A DNA stretch of 64,000 nt from Myxococcota bacterium. Lineage in GTDB: Bacteria; Myxococcota_A; UBA796; CAJQPC01. A model generated the notes under the pieces. That model had not been told where the DNA came from and ran no database searches. It saw only the letters and a program-made list of their open reading frames with translations. Positions 47,481-56,749 of this stretch are shown here, piece after piece. The stretch's first letter is position 1. Every line of letters begins with the position of its first letter. A program made the position numbers and the translations under genes. Location: assembly GCA_036012755.1 (NCBI GenBank), contig DASCPX010000193.1, forward strand, positions 1-64,000, given 5' to 3'.

Positions 47481-48594
47481 CGACGACCTCCTGTGGCCGG
47501 ATCATCGCGCCCATCCTGTTGACGCCCACGACGGTCTTGCCCCTGAGCACATCACCGAGGGCCATGCGGTACTGACCGCCGAGGTTCTCCTCGACGACCA
47601 CCACCCGCTCGATGCCCTCGAGGGCTCTGGCCAGGGCAGTCCGCGGCAGGGGGAAGAGGGTCCGCGCGTTGACCATGGACACCGCGACCCCTCTCGAGCG
47701 GGCGATGGCGAGCGCGTCCCGGCAGGCCCGGGCCGACACGCCGTAGGAGATGAGCAGCGTCCGGGCGCCCGGATCAGGGTCCCAGTCCACCGTGGCCAGC
47801 TCGGGCTCCGCGGCGTCGATCTTCCGCTGGAGGTGGCGGAGCACCGAGAGGGTCTCAGGGTCGTCCTTGCGCAAGCGCCCGGCCTTGTCGTGAGCGGATC
47901 CCGTGACCGTCACCGCTGGCGAGGAGCCCACCGGGACGAAGGCGGGCACGTCCTCTTCCCGCAAGAAGGCGTAGGTGTCGAAGGGGCCGTCTCCGCTCCA
48001 ACGCGGGCGGTCGAAGTCCGGAACCGACGGAAGCCCGGCCACGTCCACCACCTCCTGCGTGCTCGAGACCTCCTTGTCGCTGAGCACGACCACGGGGGTC
48101 CGGAGGCGCTCGGACCACTCGAAGGCCCTCAGCGTGTCTTCGTAGCACTCCTGCGCGCTGGAGGGCGCGAAGATGGGGAAGGTGTAGCCACCGCTGGTAG
48201 CCATCGACACCAGCCCGATGTCTCCCTGGGCGCCCAGGGTCGCCGCCCCGGTGCAGGGGCCGAGCCGCTGGACGACGGCGACGACGAGGGGTGTCTCGGT
48301 CATCACCGCGTAGCCCACGGACTCGATCATCAGGCACCAGCCCGGACCCGAGGTCGCGGTCATCGCGCGTGCGCCGGCTATGGAGGCGCCGATGCAGTAG
48401 GCGATGGCGGAGATCTCGTCCGGGGCGGACATGCCCACTCCGCCAAGCGCAGGCAGGGCGCGGGTCATCTCCGCGAAGATCTCCGAAGCGGGCGTGATCG
48501 GGTAGCCCGCGAAGAAGCGGCAGCCGGCATCGACGGCGGCACGAGCGGACATCGAGTTGCCGGTCGTGAAGAGGCGGGCGGGGGTCATCGTCAT
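47470..48594 (-). CDS. 2-oxoacid:ferredoxin oxidoreductase alpha subunit
   Basis: GCRFFAGYPITPASE, DEISA, MTATSGPG, QRLGPCTG, VVEENLGGQ. Confidence 0.92.
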   Translation of the reverse strand: MTMTPARLFTTGNSMSARAAVDAGCRFFAGYPITPASEIFAEMTRALPALGGVGMSAPDEISAIAYCIGASIAGARAMTATSGPGWCLMIESVGYAVMTETPLVVAVVQRLGPCTGAATLGAQGDIGLVSMATSGGYTFPIFAPSSAQECYEDTLRAFEWSERLRTPVVVLSDKEVSSTQEVVDVAGLPSVPDFDRPRWSGDGPFDTYAFLREEDVPAFVPVGSSPAVTVTGSAHDKAGRLRKDDPETLSVLRHLQRKIDAAEPELATVDWDPDPGARTLLISYGVSARACRDALAIARSRGVAVSMVNARTLFPLPRTALARALEGIERVVVVEENLGGQYRMALGDVLRGKTVVGVNRMGAMIRPQEVVDAL

Positions 48595-48708
48595 CGCCGG
48601 CCGACGTATTCCGTTCCGAGCCGGACGGGGACCACGCCCCTGCCAGATTCTGACCTCCCCCCCTCCGATTCCCACCTCACGCTCCACCCGTCTCGATAAG
48701 AAGCCTGC

Positions 48709-50067
48709 ATGGTCATCGTCCGCTGGAACCGAGGCACCCTGGTCTTGGAGGGAGTCTCCCCCCAAGCCATGCCCCCGGGCTTCGTGTGGGACGACCGCGT
48801 GCGCAGGCCACGGGGAGAGGCCCGGCTCTACCACGACACGGTCCTGGCCCTTCACCGCGCCGGCACGCCCTACCGCGACGAGGCCCGGGGCTGGGCGACC
48901 CTGGAGCGCCCACACACCACCCCCAAGACGGCGAGGAGCTACCAGTCAGAAGCCTTCGAGGCGTGGCGGGAGGCCGGGCGTCGCGGCGTCGTGTCCCTCC
49001 CCACCGGCTCCGGGAAGAGCTTCGTCGCGGAGCTCTGCATCGCGGACACGAAGCGACCGACCCTCGTGGTGGCGCCGACCATCGACCTCTGCACCCAGTG
49101 GCAGCGGAACCTCGCCGCCGCCTTCGGGGACCCGATCGGCGGCCTCGGCGGCGGCCAGCACGCACTCGAGGACATCACCGTGTCGACCTACGACTCGGCC
49201 TACATCCACATGGAGCGCTACGGCGACCGCTTCGGCCTGGTGGTCTTCGACGAGGTCCACCACCTCCCGGCACAGGCATACGCCCAGATCGCAGAGATGA
49301 TGCTGGCGCCCTACCGCCTGGGGCTCAGCGCCACCGTCGAGCGTCAGGACGGGGCCCACCTCGACCTCGCGTCGCTGGTCGGCCCCACGATCTACGAGAA
49401 GGGCATCAAGGAGCTCTCAGGCCACGTGCTCGCGGACTACCGGGTACAGCGCGTGACGGTCGAGATGGGACCGGACCGGCAGGCGGAGTACGACGAGAAC
49501 ATGGCTCGCTATCGGGGCTTCATCGCCTCGCGCGGGATTCGACTAGGGGGGCGCAACGGCTGGCAGCGATTCCTCATGGAGGCAGCCCGCAGCAAGCAGG
49601 GCCGGGCCGCCCTGCGCTCCCACCGGGAGACCCGGCGGCTCATGCACGCCACCCCCGCCAAGCTCGACGCCCTCGATCAGATCCTCGAGCAGCACCGGGG
49701 ACAGCGGGTCATCGTCTTCACCAACGACAACGCCACGGTCTACCGCATCAGCCGGGACTTCCTCGTCCCCTGCATCACCCACCGCACGGGCACCGACGAG
49801 CGGCGGCGGGTGCTGGAGGCCTTCTCCGCCGGCGAGTACACGGTCATAGCGACGAGCCGGGTCCTCAACGAAGGCGTCGACATCCCCGAAGCCCAGGTTG
49901 GCGTGGTGCTCTCGGGCAGCGCCACCGTGCGGGAACACGTCCAGAGACTCGGCCGCATCCTCCGGCCCTTCGAGGGCAAGGAGGCAGTGCTCTACGAACT
50001 GGTCACAGAGGGCACCACAGAGGTCCGTCACTCCGAGCGCAGGAACGAGCACGATGCTTACCGGTGA
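48709..50067 (+). CDS. SF2 helicase, XPB/Rad25-like
   Basis: RSYQ, LPTGSGKS, DEVHHL, LGLSAT, VLNEGVDIP, QRLGRILR. Confidence 0.92.
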   Translation: MVIVRWNRGTLVLEGVSPQAMPPGFVWDDRVRRPRGEARLYHDTVLALHRAGTPYRDEARGWATLERPHTTPKTARSYQSEAFEAWREAGRRGVVSLPTGSGKSFVAELCIADTKRPTLVVAPTIDLCTQWQRNLAAAFGDPIGGLGGGQHALEDITVSTYDSAYIHMERYGDRFGLVVFDEVHHLPAQAYAQIAEMMLAPYRLGLSATVERQDGAHLDLASLVGPTIYEKGIKELSGHVLADYRVQRVTVEMGPDRQAEYDENMARYRGFIASRGIRLGGRNGWQRFLMEAARSKQGRAALRSHRETRRLMHATPAKLDALDQILEQHRGQRVIVFTNDNATVYRISRDFLVPCITHRTGTDERRRVLEAFSAGEYTVIATSRVLNEGVDIPEAQVGVVLSGSATVREHVQRLGRILRPFEGKEAVLYELVTEGTTEVRHSERRNEHDAYR

Positions 50068-51241
50068 CCTGGTGCGTGTCCGGAGCACGCGCGAAGGGGT
50101 GCGGCCCAGCTTCGTGAAGGTCGAACAACGCACGCTGGAGCGAGCGGAAGAAGTCCTCCAGCTCTTCCACGAGGGCGTCGAGGAGTCCCGGACCCGCCAG
50201 GAGCTCACCGACGGCGTGCTGGAGCTCGTCGGAGACGGCACCGACCACAAGATCTGGCGAGGCATGGCCAAGCTGCTCTCCGACAAGGCCGAGTTCGTGA
50301 CGGAGGCCCCGCTCCCCCCCGTCGAGCTCCGCGCCAGGCTCTTCGGCGAGGTCGGCGCTGGTCCTTCGAGGGCCAGGGCGATCGAGACCTACGCGCGAGT
50401 CGCCGAGGAGCTGGGCTCCACCCCGGCGGTGCTCCGCCGACTGCTCTTCGCGGACCGGAAGGAGGAGCAGCAGATCCAGGCGCTGCCGGTCGACGACGCG
50501 AGCTGGCTCGTGCATCGCTACAACGTCGCCCTCGTCCAGAGCGTCCTGCTCAAGGCCACCAGCCTCACCGTGACGCTGAAGGCGCCGAAGAGCGAGCGCC
50601 TGCGCCAGCTATTCAGAGGCATCGCCTTCCACCGGCTGATGTACAGGGTCCAGCCGATCGCAGACGGCGTGCGGTTGGAGCTCGACGGCCCCGCCAGCCT
50701 GCTCCGCCTCAACACTCGCTACGGCATGGCCCTGGCGAACTGGTTCCCCGCCCTCCTGCTGCAGGACGGGGCCTGGGAGCTGGAGGCGGAGGTGCGCTGG
50801 ACGAGGCGGCGGCTGCGCAAGAAGCTGGTGCTCAGCTCGGAGCAGGGCCTGGTGAGCCACTACCAGGACAAGGGGGCGTGGCGCTCCCGGACCGAGGAGT
50901 GGTTCCTGCAGCGCTTCCAGAGTCTCGACTCCGGCTGGACCATCGAGGACGGCACCGTGCTCGATCTCGGTGGCCAGGGTGTGGTCTGCCCCAGCTTCAC
51001 CTTCCGCAAGGGGCGCCGGCGAGCCCACCTGGAGATCGTCGGCTTCTGGCGCAAGGCCTGGCTGCAGCGCCGCCTCGAGCTGCTGGAGCGACACGGCCCG
51101 GGCACGCTCGTCCTGGCGGTGAGCACCCGGCTGGAGGGCGCCAAGCAGGGCCTCGGCCGGTTCGCGGGTCAGGTGGTGTCGTTCAAGGAGGTCGTCCCGG
51201 CCAAGGACGTGCTCGCCCTCATCGAGGAGATCGCCGTGTGA
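50054..51241 (+). CDS. DUF790 family (Bax1-like) endonuclease
   Basis: MLTGDL, LFAD, RYNVALVQSVL, DGPASL....RYG, LEIVGFW; overlaps the XPB gene. Confidence 0.85.
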   Translation: MLTGDLVRVRSTREGVRPSFVKVEQRTLERAEEVLQLFHEGVEESRTRQELTDGVLELVGDGTDHKIWRGMAKLLSDKAEFVTEAPLPPVELRARLFGEVGAGPSRARAIETYARVAEELGSTPAVLRRLLFADRKEEQQIQALPVDDASWLVHRYNVALVQSVLLKATSLTVTLKAPKSERLRQLFRGIAFHRLMYRVQPIADGVRLELDGPASLLRLNTRYGMALANWFPALLLQDGAWELEAEVRWTRRRLRKKLVLSSEQGLVSHYQDKGAWRSRTEEWFLQRFQSLDSGWTIEDGTVLDLGGQGVVCPSFTFRKGRRRAHLEIVGFWRKAWLQRRLELLERHGPGTLVLAVSTRLEGAKQGLGRFAGQVVSFKEVVPAKDVLALIEEIAV

Positions 51242-52418
51242 CCAGGACCGCCAGCAGAGCCAGCAGCCAGCCCGCCGAGATGGGGGTGGTGACACACCCG
51301 CCGACGTGCTCTTCGTCGACGTCGGAGAGGTCCTTCGGCTCACGGTCGCCGTCGTCGTCCCCGTCATCGCCGTCGTCGCCCGGATCCTCGAGACCCGTGT
51401 CGTCGACCGGGTCTTCGATCTCGGAGTCGGTGTCCTCTGGGGTCGAGTCGTCCGGGATCTCGTAGGTCACGCGGAGCCGGAAGGCGTCCACCCAGGCATC
51501 GGAGTCCCTGGCGCCGCCGGGGTGGTCGTAGAGCTTCACGGTGGCCTCGACCGCCGAGACATCTGCCCAGCCCCAGGCGCGCTCGTCGCTCAGATCCAGC
51601 GTCGTCCAGCCCGTGGAGGTGCTGCCGAAGACCGTGCTCGCCGATCCGCCGCCGTCGAGCGACAGGTCCAGCTCGTATGTCCCCGAGTCGTACTGGGTCC
51701 TGCTGCGCACACCCAGCTCGACGCCGGTGATCGTGCCCTCGCTGCAGCCGCCGAAGCCCCATGCCTTGAGGTACTCGCCGGAGTCGACGTTCTCTGAGTG
51801 GGCCTCCAGATCATCGGCCTCGCCGGTGGCGTAGGAGGCGCTCGACCAGCCGCTGCCATCGGCCACCGTCGCCCACAAGTCGATGCTGTGAGCGCCGACG
51901 TCCGTCGAGCAGTCCAGCTCCGGGACCTCGACATCCCCAGGCTCGAGCAGCACGAAGCGGACCGCGTTGGCCTCGTCGGACTGGTCGTCATCGTCGCCGT
52001 CGAGGGTGACGTAGCAGGAGCCGAAGCCCGCGTCGCACTGGACCTCGCCCAGCTCGAGCCAGTCAGAGGCGCCCTCTCCACGCTGGTCGACGACCACGTG
52101 ACCCACGCTGCCATCAGCGCTGTAGAGGTAGTGGTCCGCGTCGTAGGTCCGGTTCTCGGTCCGACGGAACCACGTGTCGATGCGGTAGGTGCCCGCGGTG
52201 GAGATGCTCGGCGTCCAGGTCGCGGTGCCGCGGCGGTCGCTGCCGCCGACGGTGTGCGAGGTGTAGTGGTAGCTCGAGTCGCCGCCGTCGTAGCCGTAGC
52301 CGTTGCTGCTCCAAGTGGTCCAGTCATCGCCGGTCGTGGTGAACCCAGGGGCGCCGTCTTCGTCGTCGATGACGACGGTCTCCGCGTTCGCGAACGCAAG
52401 ACACAGGGGCAGGAGCAC
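51219..52418 (-). CDS. Secreted protein with a golvesin/Xly-like beta domain and a MYXO-CTERM-like C-terminal anchor
   Basis: GGAGGAG RBS; VVIDDED, ATWTP....GTY, VDQR..WLELG, ANAVRF; acidic linker then GGC...GWLLALLAVLVTRR. Confidence 0.72.
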   Translation of the reverse strand: MLLPLCLAFANAETVVIDDEDGAPGFTTTGDDWTTWSSNGYGYDGGDSSYHYTSHTVGGSDRRGTATWTPSISTAGTYRIDTWFRRTENRTYDADHYLYSADGSVGHVVVDQRGEGASDWLELGEVQCDAGFGSCYVTLDGDDDDQSDEANAVRFVLLEPGDVEVPELDCSTDVGAHSIDLWATVADGSGWSSASYATGEADDLEAHSENVDSGEYLKAWGFGGCSEGTITGVELGVRSRTQYDSGTYELDLSLDGGGSASTVFGSTSTGWTTLDLSDERAWGWADVSAVEATVKLYDHPGGARDSDAWVDAFRLRVTYEIPDDSTPEDTDSEIEDPVDDTGLEDPGDDGDDGDDDGDREPKDLSDVDEEHVGGCVTTPISAGWLLALLAVLVTRRSPR

Positions 52419-52570
52419 GTCTCCTCCGCCGGTGCCGGCGAGGAACCCTACCAGAGGACCCCACCCCGAGATTGCCGATTCCGTGTCAGGACTTGCCGCT
52501 GGCTCCCGGCGGCACCAAATCTGCACGAACGGCGAGCACCTCGCGCGGTCGATCTCCACCGGAGATCACC

Positions 52571-53602
52571 ATACATGCACTCATCCTGTCCCTGCTCGCC
52601 GTGCTGCTGTGCTGCGGAACCCCGTCCCCGACAGCGCTCAGCGAGCCGAAGGAGCCCGTGAACACTGCACAGATCGACGATCGTCTCGTCATCCCCACCG
52701 TCATCCAGCACGGCGGCTTCGCCGTCTTCCCCATCGTCGACACGAAGGCCACCAAGCGCCCCAAGGGCAAGTACCTGACCCTGGACGAGGCCCTCCAGAC
52801 CGAGATCCTCGAAGTCAAAGAGGTCGACGAGTCCGGCAGCGTGCCGACGCTCCTGGTCCACAACAAGGGCAAGCACCCGGTACTCCTCTTCGTAGGTGAC
52901 GTGGTCACCGGCGGAAAACAGGACCGCGTGATCACAGAAGACCTCGTCCTGGAGCCCACGGAAGAGCCCGTCAGCGTCGCCGTCAACTGTGTGGAACAGG
53001 GTCGCTGGAGCGGCGCCACCGGCATCCATTTCGGCTACGGCGGAAAGGCCGAAGCCGACCTGATTCGCGCGCTGGGAGAAAAGAACCAAGGCACCACCTG
53101 GTCGAAGGTCGCCGAGCTCAACGCCCAGAAGGCCGTCGCGACCGGGGCGCCGGGACTCGCACCCGCCAGCGGGACCTACCGGGCCAGCCTCGAGAACGAG
53201 GCGGTCGACGAGCAGATCACGGCCGCGCGAAAGGTCATCGACACCGAGCTCGACGAGATCGACGGAGTGGTCGGCCTGGTGCTCGCTCTCGACGGCGAGG
53301 TCGACAGCGCCGAGCTCTACGCCCACCCGAACCTCTTCGACAAGGCGCAGGTCGGCCTGGTCGACTCCTACGCCCGAGAGGCCCTGGGGCGCGATCTCTT
53401 CGAGAAGCGCACCAATCCCCCCACCGCCACAGAAGCCGCCACCTTCGTACGAGAGGCCCGCGAAGCCAAGGTCGTCGAGGAAGAGGCCAAGGCCTCATCC
53501 GTCTCACGCAGGCTGGACTCGCTGGAGTCAGAGGCCTTCGTGCTCTCTGCCGACGACGGCACGGTGGTGCGCGAGCGCATGCACAAGAAGAAGAAGAAGT
53601 GA
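52571..53602 (+). CDS. DUF6569 / ARPP-1-like domain protein with an N-terminal hydrophobic leader
   Basis: YLTLDEAL, GSVPTL, GDVVTGGKQDRVI, CVEQGRW, QGTTW..V; start uncertain (in-frame ATA after GGAG, or GTG 52601). Confidence 0.72.
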   Translation: MHALILSLLAVLLCCGTPSPTALSEPKEPVNTAQIDDRLVIPTVIQHGGFAVFPIVDTKATKRPKGKYLTLDEALQTEILEVKEVDESGSVPTLLVHNKGKHPVLLFVGDVVTGGKQDRVITEDLVLEPTEEPVSVAVNCVEQGRWSGATGIHFGYGGKAEADLIRALGEKNQGTTWSKVAELNAQKAVATGAPGLAPASGTYRASLENEAVDEQITAARKVIDTELDEIDGVVGLVLALDGEVDSAELYAHPNLFDKAQVGLVDSYAREALGRDLFEKRTNPPTATEAATFVREAREAKVVEEEAKASSVSRRLDSLESEAFVLSADDGTVVRERMHKKKKK

Positions 53603-54489
53603 AGCGCGGGCGTTGGGCGCTCGCTGCCGCGTTCATGCTCATGCTCGTGCCCAACGTCGCCGCGGCCCTGCACGCCCGCGCGACGCTGACCTTCGTCGAG
53701 GAGGGCGAGCGCACGCAAAACCCAGAGAACCTCGGCTCGTTGGAGGTCCTCGCGACGCTCTTGACCGGGGTTCGCGTCCCCAAGCCGACCTCGGCCGAAC
53801 CCACCGGCAAAATCGGCGAGCTCGCGATCACGGAGGCGCTGCCTGGCTAGACTGCCGAGGGCGTGGTGCTGCTGTTCCACGGCTACTCGGCCAGCCGAGA
53901 CCAGGTCGAGCCCGTCGCGGCCGTCTTTCGCCAGCTCGGATGGGCGACGATCACGGTGGACTTCCGCGGCCACGGCCACTCCCCGGGCAACACCACGACC
54001 CTGGGCTGGCGCGAGGCAGAGGACGTCCGAGCGGTCTTCGAGGCCCAGGACGCCCGACCCATCGGGCTCTACGGCTTTTCGATGGGCGCCGCAGCGATGC
54101 ACCGAGCGGCCCAGGACCTGGAGGGAGTCGACTTCCTGGTGAGCGAGGCCTGCTTCGGGCGCATGGAGGACACGGTGCGCGTCCGCTTCGACGCGATGGG
54201 GCTGCCGTCGAGCCCGGGCACGGAGCTCCTCCTCTTCTGGGGCGGCGTCCTCGCCGACATCGACGCCGGAGCGCACAACCCGGTCGAGTACGCCGCGAAC
54301 GTGCAGGCCCCGCTGCTCGTCGTGCAAGGGGACGAGGACCTCCGCGTCACGCTGGAGACAGCCCGCGCGCTGGGTGGTGAGCTCGTCGTGCTCGAGGGGG
54401 TCGGACACGAGCTCGGGGCCGTGGCCGCTCCGGAGCGCTTCCGCGCTGGCCTCGATGGGTTCCTCCAGGAGCGCCTCGGCGAGCGCTGA
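53599..54489 (+). pseudogene. Alpha/beta hydrolase with an in-frame TAG at 53848-53850
   Basis: 53599..53850 and 53863..54489 share a frame; N-terminal TM, then LLFHGY, DFRGHG, GFSMG, QGDED, GH. Confidence 0.7.
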
Positions 54490-56691
54490 TCAGCTCGGGA
54501 ACTCCCAGCCCGTGGCGGTGGTTCCGTCCTCGAAGACCCAGATGCGCTGGTCTGCATCCCAGGGACCGGTGTACTCGACGGTGCCACCACCGGGGAAGTC
54601 CACACTGATGACGTCGACGGTGTCGAGCTCGCCGAGCCCGAAGTGGAGATAGGCGCTGTCCTGGTCGCCCTGTCCCGTGCCGCCCGTGACGTGACGGACG
54701 ACCGTGGTGTCACCGCTGCCGACCCGCACCGTGGCCCCGTAGGCGCCCCAGTTCGAGTCGACGCCGCCGATGGCTCGGACCTGCACCCAGTGGCCTGTCC
54801 CCGCCGTGTTCTCCAGCAGGTAGCTGGTGATGGTCAGGTCCTGGTCGCCGTCCTGGTCGAAGTCCGAGACCGCGACGCCCCAGGCGCCCGTGATGTCCTG
54901 GAGCCCGGCCGAGAGCACGTCGAGCTCGAAGGTGCCGTCACCGTTGCCCCAGTAGAAGTCCGTCGGGCGGCCGCTGTAGGTCGCCGAGATCACGAGATCG
55001 AGGGCGCCGTCCTGGTCGAAGTCGGCGAGCACGGGGACCGAGTGGGTCTCAGAATAGCGCAGCCCCGACTCGTTGGAGTAGGGCGTGTCCCAGTCGCCCT
55101 GCTTGTCGACCCAGGTCCCGTCGCCAGCGTTGATCATCACGCGGGTCTTGTCAGAGAAGGTCCAGAAGCGCGGATGGGCGAGGTTGGCCTCGATGAGGTC
55201 GAAGCTCCCGTCGTTGTCCAGATCGCCCCAGGCCGCGCCGATGCTGTGGCCGTAGTAGGACGAGCCGAACTCCTTCACTCCGGCGAGCTCGGTCGCCACG
55301 CCGGCCTCCTGGACCCAGTCCTCGCCGCCCTCGCCCACGATGTTCCAGTAGAACAGGTTCTTGTGGAGCGTGTAGTCGTTGATGAAGATGTCGACCCAGC
55401 CATCCTGATCAGCGTCGATGGGCGCAGCGCCACGGCCGGAGTAGGGCCAGTCGGAGAAGCCGTACTCCCCGGTGATCTCGGTGAAGGTGCCGTCGCCGTT
55501 GTTCAGCCAGACCTGGTCCTTGTAGAAGTCCCAGTCGGTCCAGCAGATCATGTCCGGCACGTAGACGTCGAGGTCGCCGTCGTTGTCGAGGTCCCACCAC
55601 GCCGCGGCTGGTGAGGGCTGGTGGTTCTGCGTCTCATCGGAGGCGCAGAGGTTGTAGTCCTGGATGTCCGTGACCCCCGCGGACTCGGTCATGTCGATGA
55701 AGGTCCCGGAGCAGTCACCCTTCCAGAGGCTCTCGCCGGCGGTGGTGGACTCGGCGAAGACGAAGAGATCGAGGCAGCCGTCGTTGTCGTAGTCGCCCCA
55801 GACAGCGCCAGATGCCGACACCGAGTCCGACAGGTCCTGCGTGAGCTCGAAGGTGCCGTCGCCGAGGTTCCGGTAGATGCGGGAGTTGGTGTTGAGATCG
55901 TCCCAGCCGTCGTTGTCGAAGTCGCCCCAGGACTGGCGGGAGCCGACCGAGAGCTCGCCGGTGGCGTCGACGAAGACCTTGTCCTCTGGCGGGTCCTCCA
56001 GGTACTCGACGTAGATGCGGATGAGGTAGTCGTACTGGAAGGGGAAGGAATAGCCCGGGTAGTAGGTCGGCGTGCCGAGCTCCGGCGTGTTGAGCGCCGA
56101 GTGGCAGTCACCCCAGGAGCCGCACTCGGTGTTGTTGGCGCCAGCGTCGAACAGCACGGCGAGGTCGGTGTTGTCGGCCCGCTGGTGGGCGGCGTGGACC
56201 AGACCCGGCTGCTCCGTGTCGACCGGCGTGTCGAGGACGTAGGTGGTCCAGCCGCCGTCCTCGATGTCCTCTATGCAGCGGGTGCCCGTCCACAGCGGGT
56301 CCTCGTGCCAGAAGTCGAAGCCGTTGTGACCGAAGTCCGGGTACACGCCCGCCTCGACCTCTGTGCCCTCGGGCCAGTCGGCAGGCAGGTTGGTGTAGGC
56401 GATCGCAAAGGCGTGGATGCGCGTCGGACGGTCCAGCTCGAAGCGCACGGACTCGTTGAGCACTGTGTCGCGCAGCTCGACGCCGTCCGCCGTCCAGGTC
56501 TGCCCGGTGATGTCGTAGACGCCCACACCGTCGTCCCAGGAGAGCTCCACCCAGCTCGGGTCGATGTCACCGAGCGCCGTGCCGCATCCCTCTGGGGCGC
56601 TGTCAACGCTGTCCAGACCGCTCTCGGGCTCGGGATCCGGGTCGGGCCTGGTGTCGTCAGGGCCATTGCAAGCAAGCACGAAGAGGAGCAC
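54490..56691 (-). CDS. CRTAC1-like lipoprotein (FG-GAP/VCBS repeats + ASPIC/UnbV)
   Basis: Repeated WGD(F/Y/L)DNDGxxDL and N.GDGTF; C-terminal GATVRV...LHFGLG; MLLFVLAC leader after GGAGG. Confidence 0.9.
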   Translation of the reverse strand: MLLFVLACNGPDDTRPDPDPEPESGLDSVDSAPEGCGTALGDIDPSWVELSWDDGVGVYDITGQTWTADGVELRDTVLNESVRFELDRPTRIHAFAIAYTNLPADWPEGTEVEAGVYPDFGHNGFDFWHEDPLWTGTRCIEDIEDGGWTTYVLDTPVDTEQPGLVHAAHQRADNTDLAVLFDAGANNTECGSWGDCHSALNTPELGTPTYYPGYSFPFQYDYLIRIYVEYLEDPPEDKVFVDATGELSVGSRQSWGDFDNDGWDDLNTNSRIYRNLGDGTFELTQDLSDSVSASGAVWGDYDNDGCLDLFVFAESTTAGESLWKGDCSGTFIDMTESAGVTDIQDYNLCASDETQNHQPSPAAAWWDLDNDGDLDVYVPDMICWTDWDFYKDQVWLNNGDGTFTEITGEYGFSDWPYSGRGAAPIDADQDGWVDIFINDYTLHKNLFYWNIVGEGGEDWVQEAGVATELAGVKEFGSSYYGHSIGAAWGDLDNDGSFDLIEANLAHPRFWTFSDKTRVMINAGDGTWVDKQGDWDTPYSNESGLRYSETHSVPVLADFDQDGALDLVISATYSGRPTDFYWGNGDGTFELDVLSAGLQDITGAWGVAVSDFDQDGDQDLTITSYLLENTAGTGHWVQVRAIGGVDSNWGAYGATVRVGSGDTTVVRHVTGGTGQGDQDSAYLHFGLGELDTVDVISVDFPGGGTVEYTGPWDADQRIWVFEDGTTATGWEFPS

Positions 56692-56749
56692 GGAGAGACC
56701 TCCGAAGAGCGAGAACGTAGCAGGTAGAACGCCCGGCCCGTCAGCTTCG

